Below are positions 40,222 to 54,941 of a DNA stretch of 64,000 nt, piece by piece (the stretch's first letter is position 1; every line of letters begins with the position of its first letter). Source of the stretch: Bigelowiella natans CCMP2755 (taxonomy: Eukaryota > Protista > Cercozoa); the NCBI GenBank assembly GCA_000320545.1, contig ADNK01000411.1, forward strand, positions 4,783 through 68,782, in the 5' to 3' direction. The position numbers were made by a program, and so were the translations under genes. The notes under the pieces were generated by a model. It was not told the origin of the DNA, did not search any database, and was given only the letters and a program-made list of their open reading frames with translations.

Positions 40222-43200
40222 ATGATTGTTTCTATAACAGTTTGGCAAAAACCATACCTGCCGATCTTAAAGCATCGCAAATGGTCCAGAAGAGATTTGA
40301 TTTTAGCTGTGGGAGATGTGAAAGAGGAATTGGTAATATCCAACTAAAATGGGGCATAAAATGTTTCACATTTAGTGAAGTCAACCAACAGAATCGAGCG
40401 CTCTATTTTGCTCCATTTTAATGGGAAAATAGAATATCCGATTTTGGTGGCTAATGGTTGATGTGAATTGACATAACAAAGTTACAATCATCGTTGTGTA
40501 TTTCCTTTTTCAGGATCGACAAATAGGCAAAACCGTGCTGAAGATTCATGGGGCTGCTCCAGCTAGTAACTGTGTTCAAATTCCGGTATTCCTCCTTATT
40601 ATCATACTCTCTCCCATGACAAGGGGAAAAACGACCTAATATTCTTCATGCACCAGGCGAGCAACTCTAGAGGCGGTCTTGGAGTGGCAGGACAGATTCT
40701 TTACATGATGGTCTGTCGACCAGTCGGCAAGTCCTCAGACGTTTTCACGATTCATCTCGATTGTATAGCGTCGAATAGCCGCCAAGATAAAGTTGAGAAA
40801 AGAGTTCCATTTAAGATGGTTTTCAGATTGTCATTCAGTAACATGTACAAGTCGATTAAAATGACGGGACAGACAATACAGATTCCACTGACCCTGGAAC
40901 AGGGACGATGGACAGTGCTCGCCATCGACATGGGAAAGCTTATTCATCAACTTGTGCCTTTAGAAAATTTCATGCAAGTCCTCAAGGAAAAGAACAATAA
41001 AGTAAAGCAAGGAGAAAGAGGTAAACGTAAGGGAGATAAATCCAAGCTCCGCCCCTTGGCCACGAATTGGAAATTCGAATCACTTCGGTCACTCAAGATG
41101 GGGGGAGCCGCTCTAACCGTCTGGACGATGTTTTCTTCTGACAATGCATATAGCCCATTCGACCTTCCTCGGGAAATGAAATTTCCCGGTCTAGCTGAAA
41201 ACTGGCATGAGATGTACAACTGGCAAGAATTACCGCAGAGAGAAACTTGGCACCAGGAGGAGGGAATCCTGCCAAAATCTGATAACAATTTCGTTCCAGA
41301 GACCACATATTCACATCGCAACGTAAAGAAGAGCGCTGGCGAATCAAATAGAAATTGGAAGAAAGGGTTGGCCGAAATGAATGCCATGATTGAGAAAAGG
41401 CAAGATACAATTCAGAGGCATATGATGTCAGAGGATGATTGTGAAATCTTTCCCACGGAGGTGCTGAAAGTAAAACCACCTAGCGTGGTAGCTAAAAGTG
41501 GGTCAAAGGTTCCAAAGGATAACAACATGGATCCGGATCCTATATTAGAGCTAGAAAGGTTGGTAGCCTTTTCTCGGCCAAATAGCACAGGAGGCCGCAC
41601 TGCGTGTTGGGTGGAAAACGGGAAATCTATAGCGTACGCGGCCAGTAATATCATAGTCATAATGAACATCGAAACTAGGAACCAGAAGTTTCTAATGGGC
41701 CATACAGACCGCATTATAAGCCTGGTTAGTGGATGCAACGGAGGCCATCTGATAGCCTCGGCACAAGGAGGACAGACGCCCATTGTCAGGATCTGGAGCA
41801 CGTTGGACTGTACCTGCAAATGCTACATGAATGTGCACGAAAAGGATGTTACTGCTATTGCTTTTTCTCCGCAAAATAAATTCTTGGTCATCAGTGGACA
41901 TGATAGTAAAGGAAGAATGCTGCTGTCTGTATGGGATACCTCAGCTGTTGAAGACGGGAAAAGGGCTGTAGAAATAGCCAGGCAGCTGTGTGAATTTGAC
42001 GTTAAAAACATTAAGTTCTCTCCGTACATGGATGAATCTTCTCCTCGGCTGGTCTCGTGTGGAAATTCTAGTATTCGATTTTGGAGAGTCAGCAGAGGCC
42101 ACCTCCCTGGACGAAGCGTCCCTTTAGAGCCCCAGAATAGGCAGAAGTTCACTGATATTTGCTTTAATCTAGCTTTCAAGCCGAATGATGAGCCTTCGAA
42201 GAGAGTGTAAGCATCACCATTATTGTTTCTGAAATAAATATCTTGGATTCTGCGTTTGCCTACAAATGATATTCTTACGGCCTCAGGTTTGTTTCATCGG
42301 AAGAGGGTTGGATATTCCAAGTTAACTACCTCACGGGAAACCTTGAGTGCATCTTCAGGGTGCATGACGGGCCTATAAATTCGATGATGGTATTGCAACA
42401 CGCACAAAATCATAGAGGACAAATTATGGGAAATATAAGAAATATTCATCAAAGCATTTTCAACTACTCTCTTTTTCCTTATTTGTGTTGACAGTTAAGT
42501 TAAAATCAACTGTTGCTTTGCAGGTGAATCCAGGATTTTGTGTTACAGGGAGCGAAGATAGATTTGTGCGGATATGGCCGTTGGAATTTCTAGATTTCTA
42601 CATGCAGGTGCAATTCATGGCTGCTGTCCATAGCATCGATATATCTCCGGACGGTCTTTCCGTCCTCGTTGGAACTAAAGATGGATGTTTGGGAATTTTG
42701 GACCTTCAAACATCGAAACATACCACGATCGTTAGATCCCATACGGACAGGATAAGAAGCGTAGTCATCGATCCAAACAGCACTGACCAGTTGACAACTG
42801 TGTCCGAAGACGGCTCGATCAGGATTTGGTCATTTCCCAATCTGGAACAAGTTTATCAGTTCGATTGCAACAGCGGAGAAAAGATCATTAGTGCTGCCTA
42901 TCATCCACAATCCTCGGGAGTGATTGCGTGCGGCTTCTCCGAAGGAAGCGTCCGGATCTGCGACATAAAGAATGCTGGAGTAGAAATAGAATACCAGCAG
43001 CACAAAGGTGAAGTTGTTAAGGTGGCGTACGGGCTGGATGGCCGGCATCTTTTAAGTCTAGGCCAAGACGCAACCATCTGTGTCTATGACTGTAACAGGA
43101 AGTATGAGCCTACCTGCACGATACGGACATGTCCTTCCCACCCCTCAATGAGCGTGGACTATGTCCCTGACCTGCAGAAGATGGTGATTCTATACAAAGC

Positions 43201-46200
43201 AGAAAGCCACCCAAGCATCCTTAATGCCATGGATATATGTTCCATGCAAAAAATCCATCAAATCGACTGCAAGTACGAAATATTGCATGCCGAGTTCAGC
43301 CCAGATAGGAAGGAAATAGCTGTTATTACGAAGATGGGAACTGCGTTGAGGTTTTCGTCAGCGTCGGGGTCCTTGATTGGATCCTACGTGGTACCTAAGG
43401 CATTGATTTCTCAAGAGGCTTCCTCTTCCTCCTCGATCTTCACCATTTCACCCCAGAATAGATACACGATTTCAGGGTCTGTGAATCAAGTTGTGGGAGT
43501 ATGGGAATATCGGGGTAGTGGTGGTATTCGCCAAGCAAGATCGTTAGATGCTACTGCAAACTCGATGACCAACGTGCAGGTGGGTGTCAACCAGCTCTTA
43601 AGTTAAGATAGAACTCTTGCGCTCATGAATCTTTCTTTCTATAGCCTTGATGTCAGATTAACGGCGCACACATGAGCGATTAAGATAATTACATTTGTCG
43701 TATACTTTGTTGAAACTCAGATGTTTAGCGGTCACGATTCTCCTGTTATGGGAATTTCAATGCTCCCAGATTCGTCAAGAGTCGTTTCCGTGGCTGGGAA
43801 CTCTATTTTCCTCTGGAAATTCTTCGGAAAAGATATTCATCCAGAGAACAAGCTTGTACAAACTTTGAAAAACAAAATGCAATCGATTCGGAAGTTCTCT
43901 GACGATTCCTATGCCAACGACTCAATTGATTACGGCACAATTTCGGATGAAGCTGCGTCTGTAATGACAAAAGAAGTGCCTGCAAATCTGGCGGGAAGCG
44001 ACAAAAAGCATAGTACTACTACTAGGCAAACAGAACAGAAACTTCCAAGTGATGTTGATTCAGACGGTGCGAATTCGCCTGCATCCCATCCTGTGAAAAA
44101 GGGGGATGACAAGGGCAATCTAACAGAGACATCTACGACGAAAAGCGAAGAAAGGAAAACGGCAAAAGGCAAACAGAGTAAATCCCAGCAAAAGGAGAAT
44201 ACGACGCCAGATGAAAATAAGGAAGTAGACGGTGGTATTGAGACGTCGCCACTTGGAAGCGATGAACGGGAAACAACTCTACCAGAGCCATTGTTTTCAT
44301 CGCGTGGCGCTTCAAGTAACCTTGGCACAACTACCCCTCCTACGAAGGCGTACCACCAGCCAATATTACCAAGCTTTTCGGGATTTGTGGTGGCTGAACG
44401 TGCAAGCTCTGAAGCATCGGCGAAGTCTTCGAAATTGTCTTCAGCAGAAATTTCTTCTGATTCCAAGTCGCCTTCAATTGACAATACCGAGAAAAATGCA
44501 GAAGCAGCAACATCAACGCCAGCGGGCAAAGAATACTCAAACATTTCATCCACGCCTATGTCTGAGCACTCACATCTCTCTGTCACGTACAGCGAGCCTC
44601 GATATCGTGAGACTGTGAGAAAAATATCAAGGCCTCCAACAATTGATCAGCAATTCTGCTTGGGAAGAGCGGAAAATATGGCTTGGAACCAAAGTAGCGG
44701 CATTCTGGCTCATTCCTGTGGCAATCTCATCTCAATAAGATATCTAAGGTCCCGCAACCCATCAGAAAATAAGCCGAAGTTCATCTGCGCACATCATGGG
44801 GCTATATCATCTCTGTCGTTGTCGCCGGATGGCAAGTATCTTCTCTCTACCGCTGCTTCATACGATCCAAATCGCAGCGCGTACCAACCTGATGAGTTCC
44901 TTATGCGATTTTTCGACACATGCACGGGCACGCCTGTATTATCCATTTCCAAGAGTCAATTCTGCAGAGAGATAAAAAAAACTGAAGCAGAGATTTCCAA
45001 CATTGGCGTCCAATTTGCTAAAATGAACGAATCATCAAATCTTATTGCAGCGATTCTCGACGGAAATATCAGATCTTTGTGCGTGTGGAGAATCGAAACT
45101 ATGCAACACAGCGATGGCATATCAAAGGTAGCACGCATATGTGCTACTCAGCCCCTGGAAAGCAGTCATTCAGAGATGATTGTAACATCTGAAGCAGACG
45201 GTAGCGCCAGCGACATCATCGTTACCATGAGCCCTGTCGCTGTAGAATTGTGGGTACTTTCCGAAACATCTGGTGAAAAACTGACCAAAATTACAGCAAA
45301 TGTTGGCCTGCAACGAGATGAAAGGTGTTCCTGTATCGATATAATTTCCATTGCATCCAAAAGAATTCTGCTCATTGGAACTACAAAGGGCAAGGTCCAC
45401 ATGCTGGAGTTATCGTCAAAAGCTCCTGCAAACTTGGGTAGCTTCTTGGTATCTAAAGCATCCGTCCTGTCTTCACTATACAGTACCCCTATGGGGTACT
45501 TTTCCGTCGTCTCTCAAAGTGACAATACTATCAACACGTTCTACATTCGAGGTGCAAGCAAGTCCTCCATTGAGGTGGTCTTTGAAAGCTATAGTGATTC
45601 TCTTTGAGCGGCTAATTTGAGGCGTTTCTTGTTTTGAAGATACCCGCTTTTCCTTCTAACCTGGAAATGCTACATATGCTCCTTATAGGTACTGAGAACT
45701 CACCAGACGAGCGTAAAGTTTCCATGTGTGCGCGTCACAACGGATGCTGATCCAAGGTCCTGGTTAATGTAGAAGAAAGATTTTTTAAAAAAAGGGCGTG
45801 CTGGTTTCAATTGACCAGTTTTTGATGCAAAGATGTGATGGTGGTGCTGAGATTATTTTTGTGCTACAAATTAGTGTCGCAATTGCTTCTGACAGCAATG
45901 ATAGTTTATGGTTTGTGGATTTATTGGAAGATAAAGCATCATCATCATCATCATCATCATCGTCTCAAAAAGAAAAAGGTCCAGCTCGGATATTCTGTTC
46001 GTGACTAGCAAAAGCTCGTTTGTCATCAAAGCAATTTTCTTACGGTTGATAGATTCCTGTATCTGACGGTACTTACTACTATTTTCCAGGGAAGCTTCCA
46101 ACTCAAAATGGAACTCTATTGATATCTGGACATAGTTCAACTGTCCGAAAGGTCTCTGGAAACAGCACTTACCCGCTCTCCCTCTCTCACCATGCTTGTG

Positions 46201-46466
46201 TGTGCGGCCGTGACAGTTTGTGTATATATGTGTGTGTGTGTTGTGTGTGTGTGTGTGTGTGTGTACCTGGTAGGCGTTGTTCTCTGGCGGGACTTCAGGG
46301 GACGAATATTTAGTGTCTTGTGATGAAGATGGGGCGTTGGCTCTGTGGGATCTTCATTCTTCTACCGTTGGACACCGTCTCGTACAGTTCCAAGTAATAA
46401 CAACGATTTTTTTGTAAAGTCAAATAGTCTTTCTCCTTTTGTGTCTGCATAAAAAGTGTGTGTTAT

Positions 46467-46520
<54 letters not shown>

Positions 46521-48600
46521 GAAATATGACTCTTTGATCAATGATAGGTTGCAGGAGGCACGGCGTGTCTTTCTCTTGCAATGCATCCGAAGGTGCTCAT
46601 CTGTGCTTCTTCCTACAGGTTCTTCCTTATTCTAGCATGAACTTATTGCTTTTTGGTGGGAGCAGCCCAATAGATTTCAGGCGACAAATTTTTGCGTGCA
46701 AAAATTCAAATTGTTGTTGTGTTCTTAATAGCGATGGCATCATTCGAATCGTGGACCTTGAAAATTTAACACTTAAAGCACGAATTCAAGCATGCTCAGA
46801 GCCCATATCAGCTGTCGCTTTTCTTCATGAGGTATTGCTCTATCGTTCGTACGGTGCAGCACATTGTATTAGGGAGTGGAATGTCATCATTAAGAAGCTC
46901 TGAAGAAAGGAAGCGAGGAAGAAGAAGAAGTAGAAGAAGAAGAACGTGTTTCACGGCCAATGGAATCATTGACATGGTGTTCGTTATCAGCACTTTCTAC
47001 AACAGATCAGTACCCTATCATCAGAAAGTTCTTTACATGCATACCTTTTGGTTTACTGATTCAGGGCAACACCATAGTAGCTGGTACAACGTCAGGAAAA
47101 CTTATGATGATATATTGGCCCCGAAGCGAAATCCTGTTGGAAAAAAAGGTAGCGATGGTTGGGTTGTGAGTAAGAAAGATAACCAGCAGAGAGATTATGA
47201 TGAAATGATGCATATATGCTGATTCGTTGCTGTAATCAGATGGCTGGAGGAATCTCGGAGCTGGCTTTGCTTCCTACAGACAAGTCTTGCCAAACATTTA
47301 TGGCAATTCAAAATGAAGGTTTCTCCATAGTAACTTATAATCCTTTAGAGTTTTGCCAGCTTTCAAAAGAATTCAAATTCCGATTCTTTACATACGGTAC
47401 CCTTGGTCTATTTCTTAGGGAAAAGGATATCGATATGGAAGGGCGCTTCTCTGTTGAGAAATATCGATATTCTCTCGCTCATGGAAGCTTCTCAAGGGGA
47501 CGTAGTTTTGGAGTTGAACGACGATTCCTACAAGCAAGAAAAGGTTAGAAGGATTTAGTATGAATTCGAGTCTACGAATTCACATTGACATGTTACCACA
47601 CATCTTGAATTTCCACACAGTGATAATGTGATAACGTCAAGGATGGTGCAACCGCTCCCTAATCATTTCCTCCCCAATTTATCAATGCAGATTAGCAAGA
47701 ACATCCTCGACGAGTTTAAAATGAGAACGAACCTTCCACGCATCTTCGCGGAATTCTTCCCTGGTCATTTGCTTCAAGTACCTAAATTCCTCACATTTCA
47801 ATAACCACGTTGTCTGTTTACGTTTCAGGAAAGAATACTGTGATTGTGATTTGCGTTCCACCCGAAGATTGGGAAGGAAAGTCTCGTATTATATTCTACG
47901 ATTTTGCGGAGAATTTGCTGTTGAAAATGGCTACAGTCCCAGGTGCTTGCAAAACACATTATTTCCATCAATTGGATTACAATCCCTGTGTTTTGATTTT
48001 ATTCTTTTTTGGCATACAAGCCAAATATCTTTTCAACTTTTAATTGATAATTCCCGCGAACAAATATTGAGATTCCTCGAAAAAGGAAACACCCGTCTAT
48101 GGCTAAATTCAAATTTTAATCATGATCAGGATACGTAACTTCGTTCGCCGTATCTCCCACTGGAAACTCCCTCGCTCTCGGCTGTTTAGATCAAACGCTA
48201 AGATATGTGAACCAAATTCAGATTATGGTACGTTGTTTTATACAATTCGAAATTCGTTCAATCGATACATCTAACCAACATTAGGCTGGGGATAGCAGCG
48301 ACCTAAAAGAAAAACGCGATCTTATACCTGGTAATTAATTGCAGCGCAAGAATTTCATAAGATTCAAGTTCAGTACTAAATGATGGTTGACAATTTTGAT
48401 AAAAAGGAGTTCACCCCATTGCATATCATTTTGACTGGGTTACCGATGTGGATTTCTCTGCTGATGGGAACTTCGTATTATCTTCAAGGTACCCAAGCAG
48501 GTTCTGCAAGTGTGTTTGTGTTTATTTGTGATGATGTTTGGTTTTGCTTTCAGCTATTCGCAGTTGCGTTTGACAAAGCTAAAATGATTTACGACGAATA
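40222..48600 (+). CDS. WDR90: WDR90/POC16-like centriolar protein (CFA20-type N-terminal domain + many WD40 repeats)
   Basis: N-terminal VWQKPY..., FTIHLD, FRLSFSNMYK, GRWTVLAID (CFA20/DUF667-like), then PDPILELERLVAFS and numerous WD40 repeats (GHTDRI, VTGSEDRFVRIWPLEF, RSHTDRI, FSGHDSPV). 3' end approximate. Confidence 0.85.
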
Positions 48601-49223
48601 TGACATGGTCTTGTGAGTGAGGGACATTGCTCAGACACGCATGCTCACACTTGGTGGACATGATGACATTTGGGCGAAAGTGACCATTTTTTGGGGATGC
48701 CTAGACGCACCGAGTTAGCCTTTTGCTCAAGATGTAAACAATGAAAACACAATGGACACACTGTACATCTAGACGTGCTGCCAATGCGGTGTGTAGCATC
48801 TATACTGCAGCGCCATGCATTCATCATGAATTGTGAACAACGCTAGAACGCATCGATGCACCTCTAGATGTAGAACACTTAAATTCTTTCAATGGTCATC
48901 CTAATGTAGCTATACAATCTAGCAATGTGTCCACAAATGCTGCAGCTACAGCGCTTAAATTGTAATTATTTGTTTCCGCTCTAGCGCTGTGTGTATGTTT
49001 CATTCTACGATCATGTATGTGAGGCGGATATAATGAAGTGATTAAACGTGGTTAATGACATATGTACACATAGATATGTGTGCATGTGTGTACGTACGTA
49101 TTCTTCTGCGTGATCAACGTATCGTACATATCTACGAAAACACTGTGCATTTATCGCACAGTAGCCAGATGTTGAGCTAGTATGTGCACATGTATGTAAT
49201 TCGGATAGGGTAGGCAGTCATCA

Positions 49224-50500
49224 TCAGGCTTTTGTTTTTGCGCGCTTTTTATTGTTGCGAGTCGTCATTCCTATCTTGCTAGTAGTGTTACATGCTGAAT
49301 CTACTGAGTTACGTTTCAAATGATCTTCTTTGTTCTTCGCCATCTGCCGATCTTCTTCATCGTCCTTCAATCTATCAATCTCATCTTCGTAAAGTTGATT
49401 CTTCCATTCTCCCATGATGGACTCACGGATCTCACTTATGGTCGTTTCTGATGTGCTAGGCATCTTTACCCTGATATACCGAGGTGATTTTTTGCCGGGA
49501 CCATAACACACTATTTCATTCGTGTTTTCTGTCCCAAACGGAAGGGGGAAGGGTTTCCCGTTTGAAGTGGGTACTGCGGTAGCAGGCACTACAACCTCCT
49601 CCTCTCTTATTCGTTTCTTCTCTTCGAGATCCTCTGTATCGATGAGACGTAATTCAAATTTACGCCCTTCTGGGTGTGCGATGTCACCGAGTAAGACATC
49701 TTCAGTTTTGACAATGGTCTGATATCGAAATTCCATGTTTTGAACCGTCCCCCCATCTTTGTTAAGCGTGAAGTATAAACCTTGATAGGTCCCCCGTTCC
49801 CTCACTTGATCATATCGCTCACCGTAAGCTTCAATTCCTATCGAAGATATGACGTCACGAAGGGAAATTTCCTTCGATGGTGCCGTATTGCTGTCGCACA
49901 GTTTCTTGATCTTAGGTTCAGAGCTAAGATGAATCCTGATTGGCTTCACACGTTTGCCATCGTCGCTCCATAGTTGCTGTCGCGAGGCTGGGATAGAACT
50001 GCTCTCGTGTAACATTTCTATCACCGTGTGCATGGTTGTAGATCGTTTTAGAGGCTTTTTCAGGACCTGCTCGCCTTTGAGCGAGAGATCCCACACGCCG
50101 CGGTCCCATTGTCTGTCAGATTGTAGCAATTTTTTTTTCAGTAATAACCCGATAACCTTTCCCACGACTCCATGACATCAACACAATAGATCTAAGGGAA
50201 AGCATTTAAGGAATAGATTTCTACCTGTGTTGTTTTACACGTGGTCGCCGAAGACTCAAGCCTGTTTGACCTTTCACCTTCCGAGTCGAGAAAAATCATA
50301 GAGAACATTGGGGATGTTCTTCCTGTAACGCAAAAATCAACGCTGACGCTGCCTAAAAATCAAATGCATTCCAGGAGGTTTCTGCCCAAAAATTTCTTCC
50401 TTCTTGAGATTGAGTTCTCGGGTTGCGACTTCAAGAACTATTGTCGCAATATCAAAAAGGAACGGATTCGGATCAGGATCATCGAACGACATGGCTTTGA
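49224..50500 (-). CDS. Uncharacterised protein, possibly with ubiquitin-like segments
   Basis: 313-aa uninterrupted ORF (49224-50165) plus an upstream exon. STTMHTVIEMLHESSSIPASRQQLW resembles a ubiquitin-fold helix/strand. Confidence 0.55.
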
Positions 50501-50771
50501 TGGTCTCTAGAGCGTCTCCAGAGCGTCTCACGCCTCGGATTGATAAATGAAGTTGTCAATAATCCAGATCATTCGAAACACCGAACACGGGAGAGCAGAA
50601 GTATCACGACACCTGCAACCCAGCACCACCACCAGCAGCAGCAGCAGGAGGAGGAGGAGGAGGAGGAGTGGTAGCAGGTCTTAGAGGAGCCATAGGATCC
50701 AGAACATAGAGAACAAGAGAATAAAAAGGACTGCGCCCCCCCCCCTACGACCACCTGGCCGAGAAGAAAGG

Positions 50772-51533
50772 ATGGGGTCCTGCTGCTCAGATCAACCAGG
50801 ACCCACAGTTAATGACAAGAACAATGCGGAGCAGCATGATGAACCTGAGCAAGTGAAGAAAGAGTACAGACTCACATCTAAACAGCGGAAACTCGTGGAC
50901 GAATTTTATGAAAGATTTGATAAAGACAGGGACGGAAAGATTGGTGTAGAGGTAAATGATTTTGAAAATTGATTGAAATGTAGAAACATAATTGACACAA
51001 GTTACCTTTTTAGTCAATAGCAAAATTTAACACCTCACCTCGAGAAGAAATCACGAAGCTACTTGGAATGGCAAAGAGCTCAGTAGGGAAGGTGTTAAGT
51101 AGTCAATCAAATTGATTTTACCTCTTCTGCCTGTCTAATTTGAAAAATAAACCCAATCATATTTGTTTCCCAAATTGCTATACAAGATGGAAAAAGATGG
51201 TATGGTGGATGTATTCGAGCAAGCAAATGCCACATTTGGTGCAGAAGCGGGCAGTAAAAACGGAATAGGTAGAGGAAGCTTATTGACTTCAAAATACGAT
51301 TTGAGTGAAAATTCTATTCCATATTCGTCCTGCTGGAGATTATTGGCACTAAGTAAGACCTTACTTACCTTTGTCAGCATTTGTCACGGACATGCTTACA
51401 GTTCTTTTACGAGTAACCAAAGGCGACCTTTCCGAAGAGGAAGGCAACAAGTGTGGCTTTTTTTTTGTGCGTAAAAAAATTGTATTCAAGTTACCATTGT
51501 CGTAATTTTAGGTATCTGAATGGTAAAGCTCTA
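50772..51533 (+). CDS. Small N-acylated EF-hand Ca2+-binding protein
   Basis: MGSCCS (myristoyl-Gly plus palmitoylatable Cys pair); canonical EF loop FDKDRDGKIGVE|E; further short exons; end approximate. Confidence 0.75.
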
Positions 51534-52393
51534 GACTATGGCATAGCTAATGCCCCACTAACACCGATGGGATCTTCTATCAACAACAATGCTTAATTTG
51601 TTTGAGAGACGGTTGCAGCATGCGTGATGCCAGCTAGCAGACAACATAGTATGAAACCTAGTATCGACTTTACGCGTACATGACCTTACTTGGAGGGCCT
51701 TCTACATACAGAATCGCTGTGCATGGCGGGCGACGCGCGTATCACATATACACAGGATCGATGGTCAAGTGCCATAGAAGACTGCTGGCTTCGATCCTAT
51801 AAATATGCAAATTAACTGAAGCGCGGCGTGCTGCACGTACGTCGTACATGTATGCAGCGCTGCGCGCTGAAACCGTAATGAAGCCTGGATCAGGATATAT
51901 AGCACAAGAGAGATCTATATGCGTGTCGCCTATAGCTAACGGTTGCACTACATGTTATCAATAAGAGTCGAATGCTGATCGATCGCGCCATGCTATAGCA
52001 TGTAGATATGTACGATCGCACTCATTGCAGCATGCATGACTCGCGGTCAACAATTGGATATACAACAGAGAAGGCTGCTAAGTCGATGCCTGCTAGCATG
52101 TAGCCTAGCTATCTATAGTCCTAGAGCTGTTATACTGTGTGCATGTATCATACCACATCTCGACTGGTACGCTTTTCTGTGTATACAGTTTGTACTAATT
52201 TATGCAACGTGTACTTCGGTACTTCTGAACGGGCAAGTAATGATTAAGTCAGATCCTCCAGCTCAACTTGATACATATCGATGCCCGGGCTTGTTAGCTG
52301 GTCCTACCTTCCGTATATACAAGGGGCTGATCGACTTGAGCTTGAAACTCACTTATTCTTTCCGAACACGAAAAGTAAACTGCCACTGGAATT

Positions 52394-54941
52394 CTAGCTA
52401 AAAGGGTCGGCTTCGCCTGTCTCTGCGTCTCCTGTATCTTCAACGAAAAGCGCGCCTTCTTTCTCCTGATGCTGGAGTTGTTTGAATAATCAAGTAAATC
52501 AACGGTTATGTGCATGTGAATCTTACCTTTTTTGACTTATCCTTGAATAAATTGTCGGCATCTTCATCAGACTGATTCAAACAAACTCGTCTCATCGATG
52601 CTCCATTATAGCCCATAAACTACTACATGAAATAGCTCACATACCTTATCCACTAAACCGGCAAGAATCCTATTTCCTATCAGTATGACGACACATATTT
52701 GAAAATATACATCATTAGCAAGTTAACACGGTAATGTTCACAAATAGCTTAGATAACCGGCTTCCCGTCGTTTTCTTTTCTCTGCATCCCGTTTTAATTT
52801 CTGCGTGCATGATAACATGATCTCATTCTAAGTATACTGTTATAGGGGCAAATCACGCCCACAAGTCTGCTGTATATTACTTCTTCCTTTGCCTTTCTCT
52901 CCTCCTCTTCCTGCAAGATACAGTAACTGCGTTGATGATATGTTTCCATAACAAACTTGCAATTTTCTCAGAAAATCTTACCTTTCTTCTAAGCTCCTCC
53001 TCCTTTTTTCGCCGCCTGTTAAATCAAAGCAATTACATTTGAGAAGTATCCTAATAACTCTGTATTATGTACATACAAGGCTTCTTTCTCCTTCTCCGTG
53101 AGGACTTTCTTCACAGCTTTCTTTACCACTTTCTTTACAGCTTCTTTCTTCTTCTGTGCCTTTTCTTCCTTAATCTGAGAGTGAAAGAAACGACGTTTTT
53201 AGCAACATGGAAATTCGATGGCGATGCACCTACTTCAATTCCGGATTTCTTCGCGTACTCTTTTGCATCCACCCCCCCTGGGAACACCTGATCAAATATC
53301 GTCAAAAGGTGATCCTCCTTTGACGTGAACATCTTTTCTGGTCGCAAATCATCACCTCGATGCCACGGAGATGTACTTGGATATGCATGGATACTTCCAT
53401 ATGAGAGGATAGAAACGGAAAATCCCCACCGCTCTTAATGTAAGCTTGCTTTGCGTTAGGGAATGCCTTTGAATGCAGTTTTAAAGAACGCAAATCTTAC
53501 AAAAGCACTGCAGAATGCTCTAGAAAGACCGTGTTGATGCATGACATTTTCTATTGTTAACTGTTTAACCTTGTATAAACGTTCTCGCATAATTTCTGGG
53601 AGAACTACATCGTCCACAGTGTCCAGAATAGTCATAGGGTGTTTTTCCTTTATGCTCTTGATATATTTGGCCACGCTTGATGGCAGACAATTCAGACTCA
53701 ACCGCGAACCTAAATCTATTCCAACCAGAGAGTATTGCTACTTATTCAAATGAAAGAGACGCCAATCTCTACTTTAAAGTGACCTTTCCTAGTAAGAGTC
53801 TCCAACTGCTCGACTACGAAATCTACGGCATCTGCATGGGGTCCTGGGAGATTCCCCTGAGAGGGCCAACAACATGTCAGTCTACGATGATGGATGATGG
53901 AACCCATAGAGAGATTCTCAACAGTAGCAACAGCAGCAGCAGCAGCAGTAGTACCTTTGGGAAACTGTCTAAGATGTATTTCTTCAGATAGAACTCGGGC
54001 ATGTATCTAAGCCAACCAACCGTTTACAAGAGGGATGTAAGGGTGATATTGTAACAGGGGACGGGGGGTGGGTTCTAACAGTCGTTGTGGAGGTGAAATT
54101 GAATCGTTTTTTTTAAAAGTGCAGATATTTCATCTCTTCCGCTTACTACTACCCCAACATCGTCGACCAGGCGGAAGGCTGATGGAAAGGGCGTGTATCT
54201 ACGAAGGAGTTGCACAGAATGAGCGACTGCACACGATCCGGATACCTAATGATTCATCTATCAGATAGGGTGTTTCGAGTGGCAAATTGATAAAATCGAT
54301 ACGTTTACCTTCCCGCAAAGTGGAGTGCCATGAACCCTCCGAGAGACACTCCCAATAAATGGCATTTTTTTATCTGAGCGGAAAAATCGATGCAAATTCT
54401 AATGAAGCGTGTGCAAAACGAACTACTTGAAACTTAAGAAGAATGTCCAACTTCTTACGTTGATGGTGGCGAGAAATTTGTAGAAGCCGTCGACCCACTT
54501 GCCGTGGTCCCAGTAATCTGGCCACTTCAAGTGCATTTGTCATCAGAATTATTTACACAGAATTTTTCAAAGACCAAGTAGCGCTACCTGAGCTGCGATG
54601 ACGTGATAGCCTTTGCTCCCTAAAGTCATCACCTACATTGTTTGCAGTGTTGATGCATGGGAGTACAATAGCACTTCTTTAAAGCGAGCACCTGGCAGAA
54701 GAACGTCTCTGCAGTACCGCTCGTACCGTGCAAACATATAAGAGGGGCCATTTTTGTAGGCCCAAATTGAAAGTAAGTCCAGTCCTTTCCTGATGATGAG
54801 AGCAGCATTGGAGTTTAGCAACTCGTGTATGATGAGGAATTGATACCAATGTGCATACCGACCTTCGACATTGCATTTTTGGCGCGGAACCTCCGATCGA
54901 AAGGCCGTAAACTCTTTCGAGCGGCCGATGCGCGATTTCAT
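52394..54941 (-). CDS. SPG21: Maspardin-like alpha/beta-hydrolase-fold protein with charged C-terminal extension
   Basis: FRSEVPRQK, PLICLHGTSGTAETFF, YWDHGKWVDGF, GVSLGGFMA, VQSLILCNSF, LGSRLSLNC, FPNAKQAYIKSGGDFPFLS..EVSMHIQVHL follow the maspardin motif order. Confidence 0.88.
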
